Below, in pieces: positions 37,919 through 48,415 of a DNA stretch of 64,000 nt. The stretch lies in contig CAJUCD010000002.1 in assembly GCA_910585045.1 (NCBI GenBank), positions 73,829 to 137,828 on the forward strand. Direction: 5' to 3'. The stretch's first letter is position 1. Every line of letters starts with the position of its first letter. The notes beneath the pieces are model-generated. The model ran no database searches. It was not told the DNA's origin and saw only the letters and a list, made by a program, of their open reading frames with translations. The position numbers and the translations under genes were made by a program. Source of the DNA: an uncultured Bacilli bacterium. GTDB taxonomy: Bacteria; Bacillota_I; Bacilli_A; RF39; UBA660.

Positions 37919-39211
37919 ATGAAGTTTAAAATTATAACTTTAGGATGTAAAGTTAATACATATGAAAGTGAATATATGCTGGAGTCTTTAATTGCCTCTG
38001 GCTATATTTATTGTGAGGAAGATCCGGATATAATAATTGTTAATACATGTAGTGTAACTAATATGGCAGATAGTAAATCTTTGAAAGTAGTAAGAAGAGC
38101 AAGAAGAGAGAATCCTAATAGTTTAATTTTAGTTTGTGGTTGTAGTTCGCAAAATAATCCAGAAAAGTATCAAGAGTTAGGAATAGATATTTTACTTGGT
38201 AATAGAAAAAAAAGTGAAATTGTTGCGTTAATAGAAGATTATTTTAAGAATAATGAAAAGTTTATTTATTTTGATAAAAATCGAAAATTAGATTTTGAAG
38301 ATATGCAAGTAAAGAAATTTACGACACATACTAGGGCTTTTCTTAAAATTCAAGATGGTTGTAATAATTTTTGTTCTTATTGTGTAATACCTTATGTTCG
38401 GGGAGATGTTAGAAGTAAAGATTTTACTAAAACTATTAAAGAAGTGGAAACTTTAGTTAATAATAATCATAAAGAAATTGTTTTAACTGGTATTCATACA
38501 GGGTCTTATAATTCTGATGGTAAAGATTTAAGTGATTTATTAATAGAGTTATCAAAAATAGAAGAATTAGAGCGAATTAGAATATCTAGTATTGAAATTA
38601 CAGAGTTAGATGATAAATTTTTGGATGTTTTAAAAAATAATTCGAAAATTTGTGATCATCTTCATATTCCATTGCAAAGTGGAAGTGATAATATTTTAAA
38701 GAAAATGAACCGAAAATATGACAAAAAGTATTATTATGAAAAAATTAAGAAAATTAGGGAGATTAGACCAGATATTTCTATTACAACTGATGCTATAGTA
38801 GGGCATCCATATGAAACAGATTTAGATTTTATAGAATATTTAGATTTTTGTAGAGAAATAGCTTTTAGTAAAATTCATGTTTTTCCATATTCGATGCGAA
38901 ATGGTACTGCGGCGTCTTTGATGCCTCAAGTTCCTAATGAAATCAAAAAAAAGCGAGCACATGAACTTATAGAGCTATCTAAAACTTTAGAGGATGACTA
39001 TATAAAACGTTTTATTAAAACTAAGCAGCTAGTTATTACAGAAGAATATAACGGCGAGTATACAATTGGATTTACGAGTAATTATATAAAAGTATATCTT
39101 AAAGGTGAATATCTGTTAAATATGGAATATTTATGTGTAATAGAAAAAGTAGAAGAAAATATAGCTTATGGAGTAGTACTCACTTGTAATACTAATAAAA
39201 TAGGCTTATAA
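37919..39211 (+). CDS. mtaB: MiaB-like radical-SAM tRNA methylthiotransferase (MtaB/YqeV-type).
   Basis: N-terminal MTTase domain (three conserved Cys) and the radical SAM motif CNNFCSYCVIP. Confidence 0.65.
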   Translation: MKFKIITLGCKVNTYESEYMLESLIASGYIYCEEDPDIIIVNTCSVTNMADSKSLKVVRRARRENPNSLILVCGCSSQNNPEKYQELGIDILLGNRKKSEIVALIEDYFKNNEKFIYFDKNRKLDFEDMQVKKFTTHTRAFLKIQDGCNNFCSYCVIPYVRGDVRSKDFTKTIKEVETLVNNNHKEIVLTGIHTGSYNSDGKDLSDLLIELSKIEELERIRISSIEITELDDKFLDVLKNNSKICDHLHIPLQSGSDNILKKMNRKYDKKYYYEKIKKIREIRPDISITTDAIVGHPYETDLDFIEYLDFCREIAFSKIHVFPYSMRNGTAASLMPQVPNEIKKKRAHELIELSKTLEDDYIKRFIKTKQLVITEEYNGEYTIGFTSNYIKVYLKGEYLLNMEYLCVIEKVEENIAYGVVLTCNTNKIGL

Positions 39212-39220
39212 TGATGGTAG

Positions 39221-39832
39221 GTGGTCAAGTTGGCAAAAGAAGAATATAAAGAAGCGATAATTATAGGAACATATAATCCACAAAATAATGTTTTTACAAT
39301 GAATGAAATTATACCTATTGATAAAAATTCCAAACCTAAGCGAAGATTTCATTTAATGAGAAACTTTTTTGGTAGGATTTTTGATGAGATTATAGAACCA
39401 GTTGCATATCATAGCAGCCAAGCTGCGAAAAGAGTTCGCTTAATGGTTATTAGTATGAAAGAAGGTATTGGAATTAAACTTTTTTGTGATAATGAAGGTT
39501 TAGTATATTTTTATGATACTAATGGTTTAAGGTATTATATTAGTGAAGATAATTCTTTTGCTTTAAGTGAAGATGGTAATTATTTTAGAATTGAATTTGA
39601 TGAAGGTGAATATTGGTTAGCAGAAGTGCCAAGATTTGAGAAGGCTTTTCCTTTTAAAACTATTTATAAAGCAAAGGAGGAAGGTTATGATTTTGGTGAT
39701 GACGATGATTTTTTAGATATGCTTGGAGCAGAAGAAGACCCTTTTGCATCAGAACTTCCTAAAAGTAGTAAAATTATTGATTTTGAAGCAGCAATGTTTA
39801 TCCGAGATAGAGAAGAACAAAGAAGACGATAG
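39221..39832 (+). CDS. Hypothetical protein with an acidic C-terminus. The start is uncertain: GTG at 39221 or TTG at 39230.
   Basis: AGGTGG RBS at 39218-39223. Confidence 0.4.
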   Translation: MVKLAKEEYKEAIIIGTYNPQNNVFTMNEIIPIDKNSKPKRRFHLMRNFFGRIFDEIIEPVAYHSSQAAKRVRLMVISMKEGIGIKLFCDNEGLVYFYDTNGLRYYISEDNSFALSEDGNYFRIEFDEGEYWLAEVPRFEKAFPFKTIYKAKEEGYDFGDDDDFLDMLGAEEDPFASELPKSSKIIDFEAAMFIRDREEQRRR

Positions 39833-39840
39833 AGGTAAAT

Positions 39841-42048
39841 ATGAATTACATCAAGGGTAAAGTACGTAATATAATATATCAAAATAAAGAGAACGGCTAT
39901 GTTGTAGCTGTTTTTCGCATTAAAGAAACTAATGATAGTAAAATGGAAGAATATATAAATAAAACTATTACTATTACAGGTAACTTTTTAGATATTAATA
40001 CTGAAGAAACTTTTACTTTAAGTGGGAGTTCGCTTAAACATGAGAGATTTGGCTTTCAATATAAAGTTGATAGTTACTCGAAAGAAGAATTAACCTCAGA
40101 AGATGCGATTGTAGAGTTTTTATCTAGTTCTTTAGTTAAAGGTTGTGGAGAAAAAACAGCTAAAAAAATTGTGGAAGTACTTGGTGTTGATGCGATTAAA
40201 TTAATTAAAGAAGATGAAAATGTTTTAATTAACATTCCTGGGTTAAATCAAGGTAAGGCTAAATCAATTAGAGATTCGATTCTCGCTTATTCTGATGCTG
40301 ATGATTGTCTTTTAAAATTAAAGGAATTGGGGTTTTCTATTCCTGAGTCTACACGTATTTATAAAAAGTATCAAGAAGCTACTAAATATATAATTGAATC
40401 AGATTTGTATGTTTTAAGTGAGATTTTAGATTTTAATAAGATTGATGTTATATATCAGAAGAATCATGAAGAATATGATGATACTAGAGTAAAAGCTTGT
40501 ATTTTAGAGTGTATGCGAAGACTTAGTTTTAATAATGGGGATACTTATTATTTTGATACAGAAATAAAAGATGCGTTAAAAAGAGAATTTGATTTAGTAG
40601 TAGATGATGTGATGTTTGATGAAATCACCTATGAATTAGAATCTCAAAATAGAATAGTTATTAAAGATAATTTTTATTATTTAACAGAGTATTATGAAGC
40701 TGAGGCAGATATTGTGGATAATCTTTATAGTTTAAATCAAAGTAGTAAAACACCTATTTATGATTTTGCTGAAGAAATAGCTAAATTAGAAGAAGAATTT
40801 AATGTTTCTTATAATGAAGACCAAAGAAAAGCTATAAAGAATGCTTTGGAAAATAAAGTTACAATTATTTCTGGTGGTCCTGGAACTGGTAAAACAACAA
40901 TAATTAATGCAATTGTAAGATTGTATATAAAAATGCATAACTTTAGTCAAATGGAAGTTTTGCAAAATATTGCGCTTTTAGCGCCAACAGGACGAGCTAG
41001 TAAAAAAATGAGTATGGCAACTACTTTGCCTGCTATGACTATTCATAGATACTTAAAGTGGAATAAGGATACTAATAATTTTGGCGTAAATGAATATCAT
41101 AAATCTCAAGAGAATTTGATAATAGTAGATGAAATGAGTATGATAGATGTTAATTTATTTAATGCTTTATTAAAGGGAATTAGAAGCAATGTACAATTAA
41201 TTATGGTAGGGGATGTTTTTCAATTGCCTTCAGTAGGTGCAGGTTTAATATTAAATGATTTAATTGAAAGCGACTTGTTTACTTTTTGCCCTTTAGAAAA
41301 AATTTATCGTCAAAGTGAAAATTCTTATATTCCGTATTTAGCTTTAGAAATTAAAAATAAAGATTTGGCAGATGATTTTGTTAATCAAAAAGATGATTAT
41401 AATTTCTTAGAAGCAGATAGTAAATATATTAAAGATATGATTAGAAAAATATGTATGATGAGTAAAGAAAAAGGCTTGAATGAAAATGATATTCAAATAC
41501 TTGCACCAATGTATAAAGGTGAGAATGGTATTGATAACTTAAATATTGCTTTGCAAGAACTATTTAATCCGAGTGATCCTAAAAAAGAAGAAATATTTAT
41601 TGGAGATGTTGTATTTCGAGAAAATGATAAAGTGTTACAATTGCAAAATAATCCTGATTGTAATGTTTTTAATGGAGATATTGGGTATATTAAGAAAATA
41701 ACTAAGAAGAGTACAAAGAATAAAGATACCATTATTATTGATTTTGAAGGTAATAAAGTAGAATATAACAGAGAAGATATGTTTCAAGTTAAACATGCAT
41801 ATGCAATAACTATTCATAAGAGTCAAGGAAGTGAGTTTCCACATGTTATTTTACCTATTTCTAAAGGTTATTATAAGATGCTTTACAATAAGTTAATATA
41901 TACAGGTGTTTCTAGAGCTAAGAAAAGCTTGGTAATAATTGGGGAATCTAAATGTTTTATGATGGCTATTAATAATGATTATGCCTCTAAAAGAAAAACT
42001 TCATTAAAAGAGAAGTTAATGTATAAATTTTATAATAATGGTACATAA
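39841..42048 (+). CDS. recD2: ATP-dependent RecD-like DNA helicase (RecD2/YrrC family).
   Basis: N-terminal OB/HhH region, Walker A GGPGTGKTT, and the SF1 helicase motifs. Confidence 0.85.
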   Translation: MNYIKGKVRNIIYQNKENGYVVAVFRIKETNDSKMEEYINKTITITGNFLDINTEETFTLSGSSLKHERFGFQYKVDSYSKEELTSEDAIVEFLSSSLVKGCGEKTAKKIVEVLGVDAIKLIKEDENVLINIPGLNQGKAKSIRDSILAYSDADDCLLKLKELGFSIPESTRIYKKYQEATKYIIESDLYVLSEILDFNKIDVIYQKNHEEYDDTRVKACILECMRRLSFNNGDTYYFDTEIKDALKREFDLVVDDVMFDEITYELESQNRIVIKDNFYYLTEYYEAEADIVDNLYSLNQSSKTPIYDFAEEIAKLEEEFNVSYNEDQRKAIKNALENKVTIISGGPGTGKTTIINAIVRLYIKMHNFSQMEVLQNIALLAPTGRASKKMSMATTLPAMTIHRYLKWNKDTNNFGVNEYHKSQENLIIVDEMSMIDVNLFNALLKGIRSNVQLIMVGDVFQLPSVGAGLILNDLIESDLFTFCPLEKIYRQSENSYIPYLALEIKNKDLADDFVNQKDDYNFLEADSKYIKDMIRKICMMSKEKGLNENDIQILAPMYKGENGIDNLNIALQELFNPSDPKKEEIFIGDVVFRENDKVLQLQNNPDCNVFNGDIGYIKKITKKSTKNKDTIIIDFEGNKVEYNREDMFQVKHAYAITIHKSQGSEFPHVILPISKGYYKMLYNKLIYTGVSRAKKSLVIIGESKCFMMAINNDYASKRKTSLKEKLMYKFYNNGT

Positions 42049-42067
42049 TAATATTGAGGTGGATAAT

Positions 42068-42223
42068 ATGAAGAAAATGATGGTTGGAAGTATAGTTGCT
42101 ATGGGTGTAGGAGCTAGTATGATGGCTTATGCTTTAACAAATAAAAAAACAAGATGTAAAGCAAATAAATTAGTAAATAATGCACTTGATATGGCAAATG
42201 ATAAAATAAATAAAATGAAATAG
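42068..42223 (+). CDS. Small membrane protein (51 aa), hypothetical.
   Basis: GAGGTGGA RBS before the ATG at 42068. One TM helix. Confidence 0.35.
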   Translation: MKKMMVGSIVAMGVGASMMAYALTNKKTRCKANKLVNNALDMANDKINKMK

Positions 42224-42264
42224 GGCTAGACTCTATTTTTTATTGGTATTTTTTGGAGGTAATG

Positions 42265-42801
42265 ATGTTTAATTATGAAGTTTTAAGTAATAATGAATTT
42301 AATAAGACTATTAATAATTATATAAGTGAAAAAGAACAAGATTTCTGGGATATAGTAAAGGATTATAAATTAGAAAACTATAGTTTTAATGTTAATTATG
42401 ATAAGTATAATTATAAGAATATTGAAACAGTACATTTTATTATTTATCAATATGTAGGCGGGGCTCATGACGAGAGATTTGATGAAATATTTTATTATGA
42501 TAAACAAAATAAAAAACAATTAATGATTAGTGACTTGTTAATTATTAATGATAGTTTTTATGAGAAGCTTAGTCTTCTTGCAAGAGAAAAATTGACTTCA
42601 CAAAAAGATTTATTGTTTCAAGGTGATATGCTAGAAGATGGTTTAAAAGGAGTAGCCTCAAATTATAAATATTTAATTTTTACTGATGAAGGTTTAAAAA
42701 TAGTATTTCCACCATATCAAATAGGACCTTGGAGTAGTGGAGAAATAGATGTTATTATTCCATATCATAGTATTAGTGAATATTTAAAATTTATTTATTA
42801 A
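42265..42801 (+). CDS. DUF3298-like (RsiV-type) domain protein.
   Basis: The YVGGAHD motif is characteristic of DUF3298. GGAGG RBS 5 nt before the ATG at 42265. Confidence 0.45.
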   Translation: MFNYEVLSNNEFNKTINNYISEKEQDFWDIVKDYKLENYSFNVNYDKYNYKNIETVHFIIYQYVGGAHDERFDEIFYYDKQNKKQLMISDLLIINDSFYEKLSLLAREKLTSQKDLLFQGDMLEDGLKGVASNYKYLIFTDEGLKIVFPPYQIGPWSSGEIDVIIPYHSISEYLKFIY

Positions 42802-42896
42802 AAATAAAAAGAAGTTTTAAAATGATTGTTGTAAATGATATAAATTAAATTACAAAAAAAGAATATGTTAAAGTTAATTAGCTTTATAACATATTC

Positions 42897-43268
42897 TTAT
42901 TTTATTATAAGATTAAAGTTTTCTTCTACACTTCGTTTAGAAGTGTTTTTTATTCCTTGATATTCAGGAAGAATGTGCATGTGAAAATGATTTACTTCTA
43001 AACTTGCTCCATAGTTAACTAGTAAAGAAAGTGATGTAGCGTTTAATTTAGTTACTAATGTAGTTCCTACTATCTTGGCTATTTCAAAAATATGACTAGC
43101 TGTTTTATTATCAAGGCTCATGTAATCATCAAAGTGTTTTTTAGGTATTATTAAAGCATGACCATCAACACTAGGATTAATGTCTAATATAACTTTAACT
43201 AATTCATCTTCATAAATAGTATAACTAGGTATTTCATTATTTATAATCTTACAAAATATACAATCCAT
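42897..43268 (-). CDS. HIT-family (histidine triad) protein.
   Basis: CIFCKII N-terminus and the HxHxHxx triad VNHFHMHILP. GGTGA RBS before the second Met. Confidence 0.85.
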   Translation of the reverse strand: MDCIFCKIINNEIPSYTIYEDELVKVILDINPSVDGHALIIPKKHFDDYMSLDNKTASHIFEIAKIVGTTLVTKLNATSLSLLVNYGASLEVNHFHMHILPEYQGIKNTSKRSVEENFNLIIK

Positions 43269-43358
43269 TTTTATCACCATTTTAATTATATCAAAGTTTT
43301 TAAAAAAAGTGTACTTTTATCATGGGTTTGCATAGATTAAAATAGAGGAGGAATAAAA

Positions 43359-43889
43359 GTGGCAAGTTATAAAGAGATAGTTACAAAGGCGGTTGTTGGT
43401 AAAGCAAAAAAGAATAGTGTTTCTAAGTTTGTGGTAAAACCTGAAGAAACTCCTGATACAATTCTTGGGTGTTGGGTTATTAATCATAATTTTGAAGGTA
43501 AAAACCAAAATGGTGTTGTAAATATTAATGGAGCATTTGATGTTAATGTGTGGTATTCATATAATAATGATACCAAAACAGCAGTTTCAACAAAGAGATT
43601 TCAATATAACGATAAAATGAATGTTAGATTAAAAGATGGTGCTGCTTTATCTGATGCGACTGAAATTATAGTACGTAGTTTAAATCAACCAACAGTTACA
43701 GATGTTTATATTAATAATGGGGTAGTAAATTTATCTGTGGAAAAGGAACTTGGTGTGGAAATTGTTGGAAATACAATGATTAAGGTAAGTGTGGAAGAAG
43801 ATCCAGATGATTATGAGGTTTTGGAAGATTTTGATGAGGCAAGTGTAGCAGAGGATATTAATGCTGTAAATGAAGATTATTTATCATAA
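43359..43889 (+). CDS. cotE: Outer spore coat morphogenetic protein CotE.
   Basis: MASYKEIVTKAVVGKAKK...ILGCWVINHNFEG...NVWYSYNNDTKTAVSTKRF aligns closely with B. subtilis CotE. Acidic C-terminus. GTG start with a GGAGGA RBS. Confidence 0.8.
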   Translation: MASYKEIVTKAVVGKAKKNSVSKFVVKPEETPDTILGCWVINHNFEGKNQNGVVNINGAFDVNVWYSYNNDTKTAVSTKRFQYNDKMNVRLKDGAALSDATEIIVRSLNQPTVTDVYINNGVVNLSVEKELGVEIVGNTMIKVSVEEDPDDYEVLEDFDEASVAEDINAVNEDYLS

Positions 43890-43957
43890 GTCAACCAAAA
43901 ATAGTTGACATAGCTATTTAGGTTTGATAGAATGTAGTAACAAAGGAGGAACTAAAT

Positions 43958-44233
43958 ATGGCAGTTAAATTAAGACTTAAGAGAATGGGTAGTAAACAAA
44001 AACCATTTTATCGTATAGTAGCCGCTGATTCAAGAAGTCCTAGAGATGGAAGATTTATCGAAGTAGTAGGTACTTATAATCCAGTTAAAAAACCAGCTGA
44101 AATTAAGGTTGATGAAGAATTAACTTTAAAATGGTTAAGAAATGGAGCACAACCTACTGATACAGTTAGATCTATACTTTCTAAAGAAGGAATTATGGCT
44201 ACTTATGCAGCTTCAAAAAAAGAAAGTAAATAG
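43958..44233 (+). CDS. rpsP: 30S ribosomal protein S16.
   Basis: The N-terminus [21 protein letters not shown]. Confidence 0.95.
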   Translation: MAVKLRLKRMGSKQKPFYRIVAADSRSPRDGRFIEVVGTYNPVKKPAEIKVDEELTLKWLRNGAQPTDTVRSILSKEGIMATYAASKKESK

Positions 44234-44235
44234 TT

Positions 44236-44481
44236 ATGGATGTAGTAGATTTTACAACTTATTTAATTAAGAATATTGTTAAGAATCCAGATATGGTAAA
44301 AGTAAGTAGCTTTATGGGCGAAGAAGAAACTACAATGGTGGAAGTTTTAGTGTCTAATGAAGATATGGGTGCAGTAATTGGTAAGAGTGGAAAAAATGCT
44401 AAGGCTTTAAGAACAATTATTCAAGCTCATGCTTATTTAAACAATATTAATAAAATACGAATCAATATTGATTCCTTTTAA
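44236..44481 (+). CDS. KH-domain RNA-binding protein (YlqC-like).
   Basis: VIGKSGKNAKALRT is a KH GXXG-type motif. Position after rpsP. Confidence 0.75.
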   Translation: MDVVDFTTYLIKNIVKNPDMVKVSSFMGEEETTMVEVLVSNEDMGAVIGKSGKNAKALRTIIQAHAYLNNINKIRINIDSF

Positions 44482-44598
44482 GAGCTTGTGCTCTTTTTTA
44501 TTTAGTTTTTTATGTAAATAGACTGTAAAAAAGTGAAAATAGCGCTTATTTTTTATGAGAGTTATTTTATAATATATTTAGTTAGAAAGTAGGATTAT

Positions 44599-45390
44599 AT
44601 GAAACAGAGAATTATAAGTGCTATTATAATGCTTATAATAGTTGTTCCTATTATATGGTATGGTGATACAATTTTTAGAATAGGCGTTGGAATTGTGGGT
44701 GTTTTAGCTTTAAAAGAACTATTAGATTTAGATAAAAGTCATAAGAAAATACCTGTTTTTGCTTCGTTAATTGCAGAAATAGCACTACTTTTTATCATAT
44801 TAGCAGAGTATGATGGATATTCTATAATGTATGGGATAACATATAAAGGAGTGGGTATCTTATTATTAGCTTTATTATCTTTGACACTGTTTTATAAAGA
44901 TGATAAGTTTAGAGCTACTGATGCAATATTTGTTATTGGTTCAGTGTTATTAATAGGAGCTTCATTTAATGCAATGATATTAGTAAGAATGTTTAGTTTA
45001 TATAAGTTTATATTCTTAATATTAATATTTGTTTTAACTGATACCTTTGCTTTTTTAGGAGGGTTAAAGTTTGGTAAGCATAAACTAATACCTCATGTTA
45101 GTCCTAAAAAAACAATTGAGGGTAGTTTGATAGGTTCAGTTGTTGGAACTATTGGAGCTAGTTTGTTTTATCACTATTTGATAGCGCCTATAAGTTTTAA
45201 AGTGGTTTTGGGTATTATTTTGCTATCAATAATAGGTCAAATAGGAGACTTAATATTTAGTAAATTAAAAAGAGAGAATGATATTAAAGATTATAGCAAT
45301 TTGATACCAGGACATGGCGGAATATTAGATAGGCTTGATAGTACTATTGCAATAATGTTAGGTTATTTAATATTTTATGGATTATTTTAA
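44599..45390 (+). CDS. cdsA: Phosphatidate cytidylyltransferase.
   Basis: Multi-TM. C-terminal CTP_transf_1 signature SKLKRENDIKDYSNLIPGHGGILDRLDS. Confidence 0.85.
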   Translation: MKQRIISAIIMLIIVVPIIWYGDTIFRIGVGIVGVLALKELLDLDKSHKKIPVFASLIAEIALLFIILAEYDGYSIMYGITYKGVGILLLALLSLTLFYKDDKFRATDAIFVIGSVLLIGASFNAMILVRMFSLYKFIFLILIFVLTDTFAFLGGLKFGKHKLIPHVSPKKTIEGSLIGSVVGTIGASLFYHYLIAPISFKVVLGIILLSIIGQIGDLIFSKLKRENDIKDYSNLIPGHGGILDRLDSTIAIMLGYLIFYGLF

Positions 45391-45402
45391 GGAGGAATAT
45401 AT

Positions 45403-46455
45403 ATGTGGTTTTTAACTTTAATTTTATTGATATTGATATTGGGTATTATTATTTTAGTTCATGAATTTGGGCATTTTATAACAGCTAAAAAAGCTGGAGT
45501 GCATATTTATGAGTTTTCAATTGGAATGGGGCCATTATTAAAAACTATTAAAAGTAAAGATGGAATAGATTATAATATAAGAGCTTTTCCTATTGGTGGT
45601 TTTGTTTCTATGGCAGGAGAAGTTTATGAGGATGATGACTCTAAGAAAATTAAAAAAGAAGACTTTATGTGTAATAAAAAGTGGTATCAAAGAGTTATTA
45701 TTTTAGCAGCAGGAGTTTTTAATAATTTTGTTTTAGCAATAATTGTTTTATTTATTTTAGCTCTTATTTATGGGGCTCAAAGTATGGAACCTAAAATTGG
45801 CGAAGTAATTCCAAATTATCCAGTTAGTGAAGCAGGTATTAAACCTGGTGATAAAATTTTAGAAATTAATGGAAAAAAGGTTTCAACATGGGATCAAGCT
45901 CAAATTTATCTTGTGATGAAAAGTGATAATTCAAAGTATACATTTTTAATAGAACATGAATCTGGTAAAAAAGAAAAATATGAAATTGCTCCTAAAATAA
46001 CTAAAAATGAAGACGGTGAAGAAGAAAGAGCTTTTGGTTTTAAAATTGCGCAAGAAGAAACTAGAGGTTTTATAGCCAGTGTTAAATATGCTTTTCAAAA
46101 ATTTGGAAGTTTAATTAGTACAATGTGGTTAACAGTGGTTAATTTATTTACAGGTAAAATAGCTTTAAGTAGTTTATCAGGACCTGTAGGAATATATCAA
46201 GTAGTTGGTCAAAGTTTGGCGGCAGGTATTCAACAAATAATATATTTAATAGCATTTTTAAGTATTAATGTTGGTTTAATTAATATTTTACCAATTCCAG
46301 CTTTTGATGGAGGAAGAATTTTATTCTTAATAATTGAAAAAATAAAAGGAAGCCCTGTTAATCAAAAATTTGAAAATATGTGTCATACAGTTTTCTTCTT
46401 CCTACTTATTGCATTAATGATTTATATAACAGTATTTGATATTATTAGATTTTAA
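45403..46455 (+). CDS. rseP: RIP zinc metalloprotease RseP/RasP (site-2 protease) with a PDZ domain.
   Basis: HEFGHF zinc motif, a PDZ domain, and the LDG motif in the C-terminal TM region. Confidence 0.85.
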   Translation: MWFLTLILLILILGIIILVHEFGHFITAKKAGVHIYEFSIGMGPLLKTIKSKDGIDYNIRAFPIGGFVSMAGEVYEDDDSKKIKKEDFMCNKKWYQRVIILAAGVFNNFVLAIIVLFILALIYGAQSMEPKIGEVIPNYPVSEAGIKPGDKILEINGKKVSTWDQAQIYLVMKSDNSKYTFLIEHESGKKEKYEIAPKITKNEDGEEERAFGFKIAQEETRGFIASVKYAFQKFGSLISTMWLTVVNLFTGKIALSSLSGPVGIYQVVGQSLAAGIQQIIYLIAFLSINVGLINILPIPAFDGGRILFLIIEKIKGSPVNQKFENMCHTVFFFLLIALMIYITVFDIIRF

Positions 46456-46517
46456 GGTTTGCTAAGGCAAATCTTTTTCTTTTCTTTTTTTTTATTTAAT
46501 GATAAAATGTGATTAGT

Positions 46518-46594
46518 GTCCCAGTAGTTTAGTTGGATAGAATGCTGGCCTCCGACGCTAGAGATCGTGGGTTCGAATCCCGCCTGGGACGCCA
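46518..46594 (+). tRNA. tRNA-Arg (anticodon CCG).
   Basis: A manual cloverleaf folds as follows. Acceptor GTCCCAG/CTGGGAC. T-arm GTGGG-TTCGAAT-CCCGC. Anticodon stem CTGGC/GCTAG with loop CTCCGAC. Discriminator G plus a CCA end. Confidence 0.8.
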
Positions 46595-46626
46595 TTTAAA
46601 AATTTTAATTAAATAGGAGCTTATTT

Positions 46627-47200
46627 ATGATATATGTTACACGTCATGGTCAAACAAATTGGAATCTAGAAAAGAAAGTAATGGGAAGATGTGATGAACC
46701 TTTAAATGATAAGGGTAAAAGTCAAGCTTTAGAAACTAAAAACAAACTATTAGATGTAGGTATAGATTTGATAATTTGTTCACCACTTCTTAGGACAAAA
46801 CAAACGGCTGAAATTATAAATGGTAATAGAAATATTCCTGTAATTTATGATGATAGAATTATCGAAAGAGATTTTGGCGAATTTGAAGGAATGCAAGTAG
46901 ATAATTTTGATTTTCATGGGTATTGGAATTATTATAAAAATGAACAGTATCAAAAAGCGGAAAATATTCAAGTGTTTTTTAAGAGAGTTTATAGTTTTTT
47001 AGAAGATGTTGTTAAAAATTATAGTGATAAGAATGTTCTTATTGTAGCACATGGAGGAGTAAGTATTCCAGTGACATGTTTTTTTTAATAATAATATACC
47101 AGATGGTTCATTAATTGATGCTGGTTTAGTTTTGGGGAATTGTGAGATTTTGGCTTTTTCAACTGAACTTCTAAATAGACATAAAGAAACTTTGCTTTAA
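46627..47200 (+). pseudogene. Histidine phosphatase (phosphoglycerate mutase family) gene interrupted by a frameshift at a T8 homopolymer (47079-47086).
   Basis: The first frame ends ...LIVAHGGVSIPVTCFF then a stop. The conserved C-terminus continues in another frame, IPDGSLIDAGLVLGNCEILAFSTELLNRHKETLL, to a stop at 47200. Confidence 0.6.
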
Positions 47201-47329
47201 ATAGCAGAAGTTTTTTTGTTTTTGGGATAATATTAAAAGTAACAATTCTCTTATATTATTTTAGTTTAAAAAAACTAAAAAGGCTATACATTTAAACAAG
47301 TGTATGCTATGATATTAATGGTGATAGTT

Positions 47330-47884
47330 ATGTATAGTTATATTATAGGAAGTGTAGTAATTCAGGAAAACAACTATATTGTGCTAGATAATAATGGAAT
47401 AGGCTATATGATTTATGTTGCTAATCCTTTTAGTTATGAGCTAGAAAAAGAAGCCAAAGTTTATTTATATAATCAAATAAAGGAAGATGAGCATAGTCTG
47501 TATGGATTTAAAACTACAGAAGAACGTGATTTGTTTTTGAAACTTATTAATGTTAAGGGTTTAGGTCCTAAGATGGCAATGCCAATGTTAGCGACTGGAA
47601 GTATTGCAGGAATAGTGGATGCAATAGATAGAGAGAATATATTGTATTTAAAGAAATTTCCTAAAATAGGAGAAAAGTTAGCTCGTCAAATAATATTAGA
47701 TTTGAAGGGTAAACTTACACAATCGGTTGATGTTAGTGTAAGTGGTAATTTTGATGAATTAGTTAGCGTTTTAGAAAGTTTAGGTTATAAAAATGTGGAA
47801 ATAAAGAAAATTTTACCTAAAGTAAATGCGTCTTTAGATATAGAAAGCCAAGTAAAAGAGGCTTTAAAATTAATGCTTAAGTAG
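47330..47884 (+). CDS. ruvA: Holliday junction branch migration protein RuvA.
   Basis: OB-fold N-terminus, and the HhH motifs LINVKGLGPKMA and KFPKIGEKLARQI. Confidence 0.85.
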   Translation: MYSYIIGSVVIQENNYIVLDNNGIGYMIYVANPFSYELEKEAKVYLYNQIKEDEHSLYGFKTTEERDLFLKLINVKGLGPKMAMPMLATGSIAGIVDAIDRENILYLKKFPKIGEKLARQIILDLKGKLTQSVDVSVSGNFDELVSVLESLGYKNVEIKKILPKVNASLDIESQVKEALKLMLK

Positions 47885-47892
47885 GTGAGTAA

Positions 47893-48414
47893 ATGACTAT
47901 TGGAATAGATATTGATGATACAATTACAAAAACAAGTGAAAAGGCTGCAGAGAATTTAGCAAAATATGATAATAATTATTTAGATTATCATAATCTTCCA
48001 AGTGAAAAATATGAAGAATTTATGAAATTATATCAAGCAGAAATTTTAAGAACAGTAGAACTTAGAGAAGGAGTAAAAGAGGCTTTTAGATATTTTAAAG
48101 ATAAGGGTTATCGTATTGTTATTATAACAGCAAGAGATAATACTTATTCAAAAGAGATAAAAACAATTACTTTGGATTATTTGGCACAAAATGAATTAGA
48201 ATATGATAAAATAATTTTAGGGAAAGAAAATAAAGGGAAAATAGCAAAAGAAGAAGGAATAGATATTTTTATTGATGATAAAGAAACAGTATTAGATGAT
48301 ATGGTCGAAAATGGAATTAAAACTATTAGAAGAACAGAAAAGACTGATAGTAAACATGTTTCTTTTGCTAATTGGAGTGATATTGTTAATTATATAAAAA
48401 CATTGGAGGGGTAA
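47893..48414 (+). CDS. HAD-superfamily 5'(3')-deoxyribonucleotidase-like protein, inserted between ruvA and ruvB.
   Basis: DxDxT in [10 protein letters not shown]. Small size of 173 aa. Confidence 0.5.
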   Translation: MTIGIDIDDTITKTSEKAAENLAKYDNNYLDYHNLPSEKYEEFMKLYQAEILRTVELREGVKEAFRYFKDKGYRIVIITARDNTYSKEIKTITLDYLAQNELEYDKIILGKENKGKIAKEEGIDIFIDDKETVLDDMVENGIKTIRRTEKTDSKHVSFANWSDIVNYIKTLEG

Positions 48415-48415
48415 A

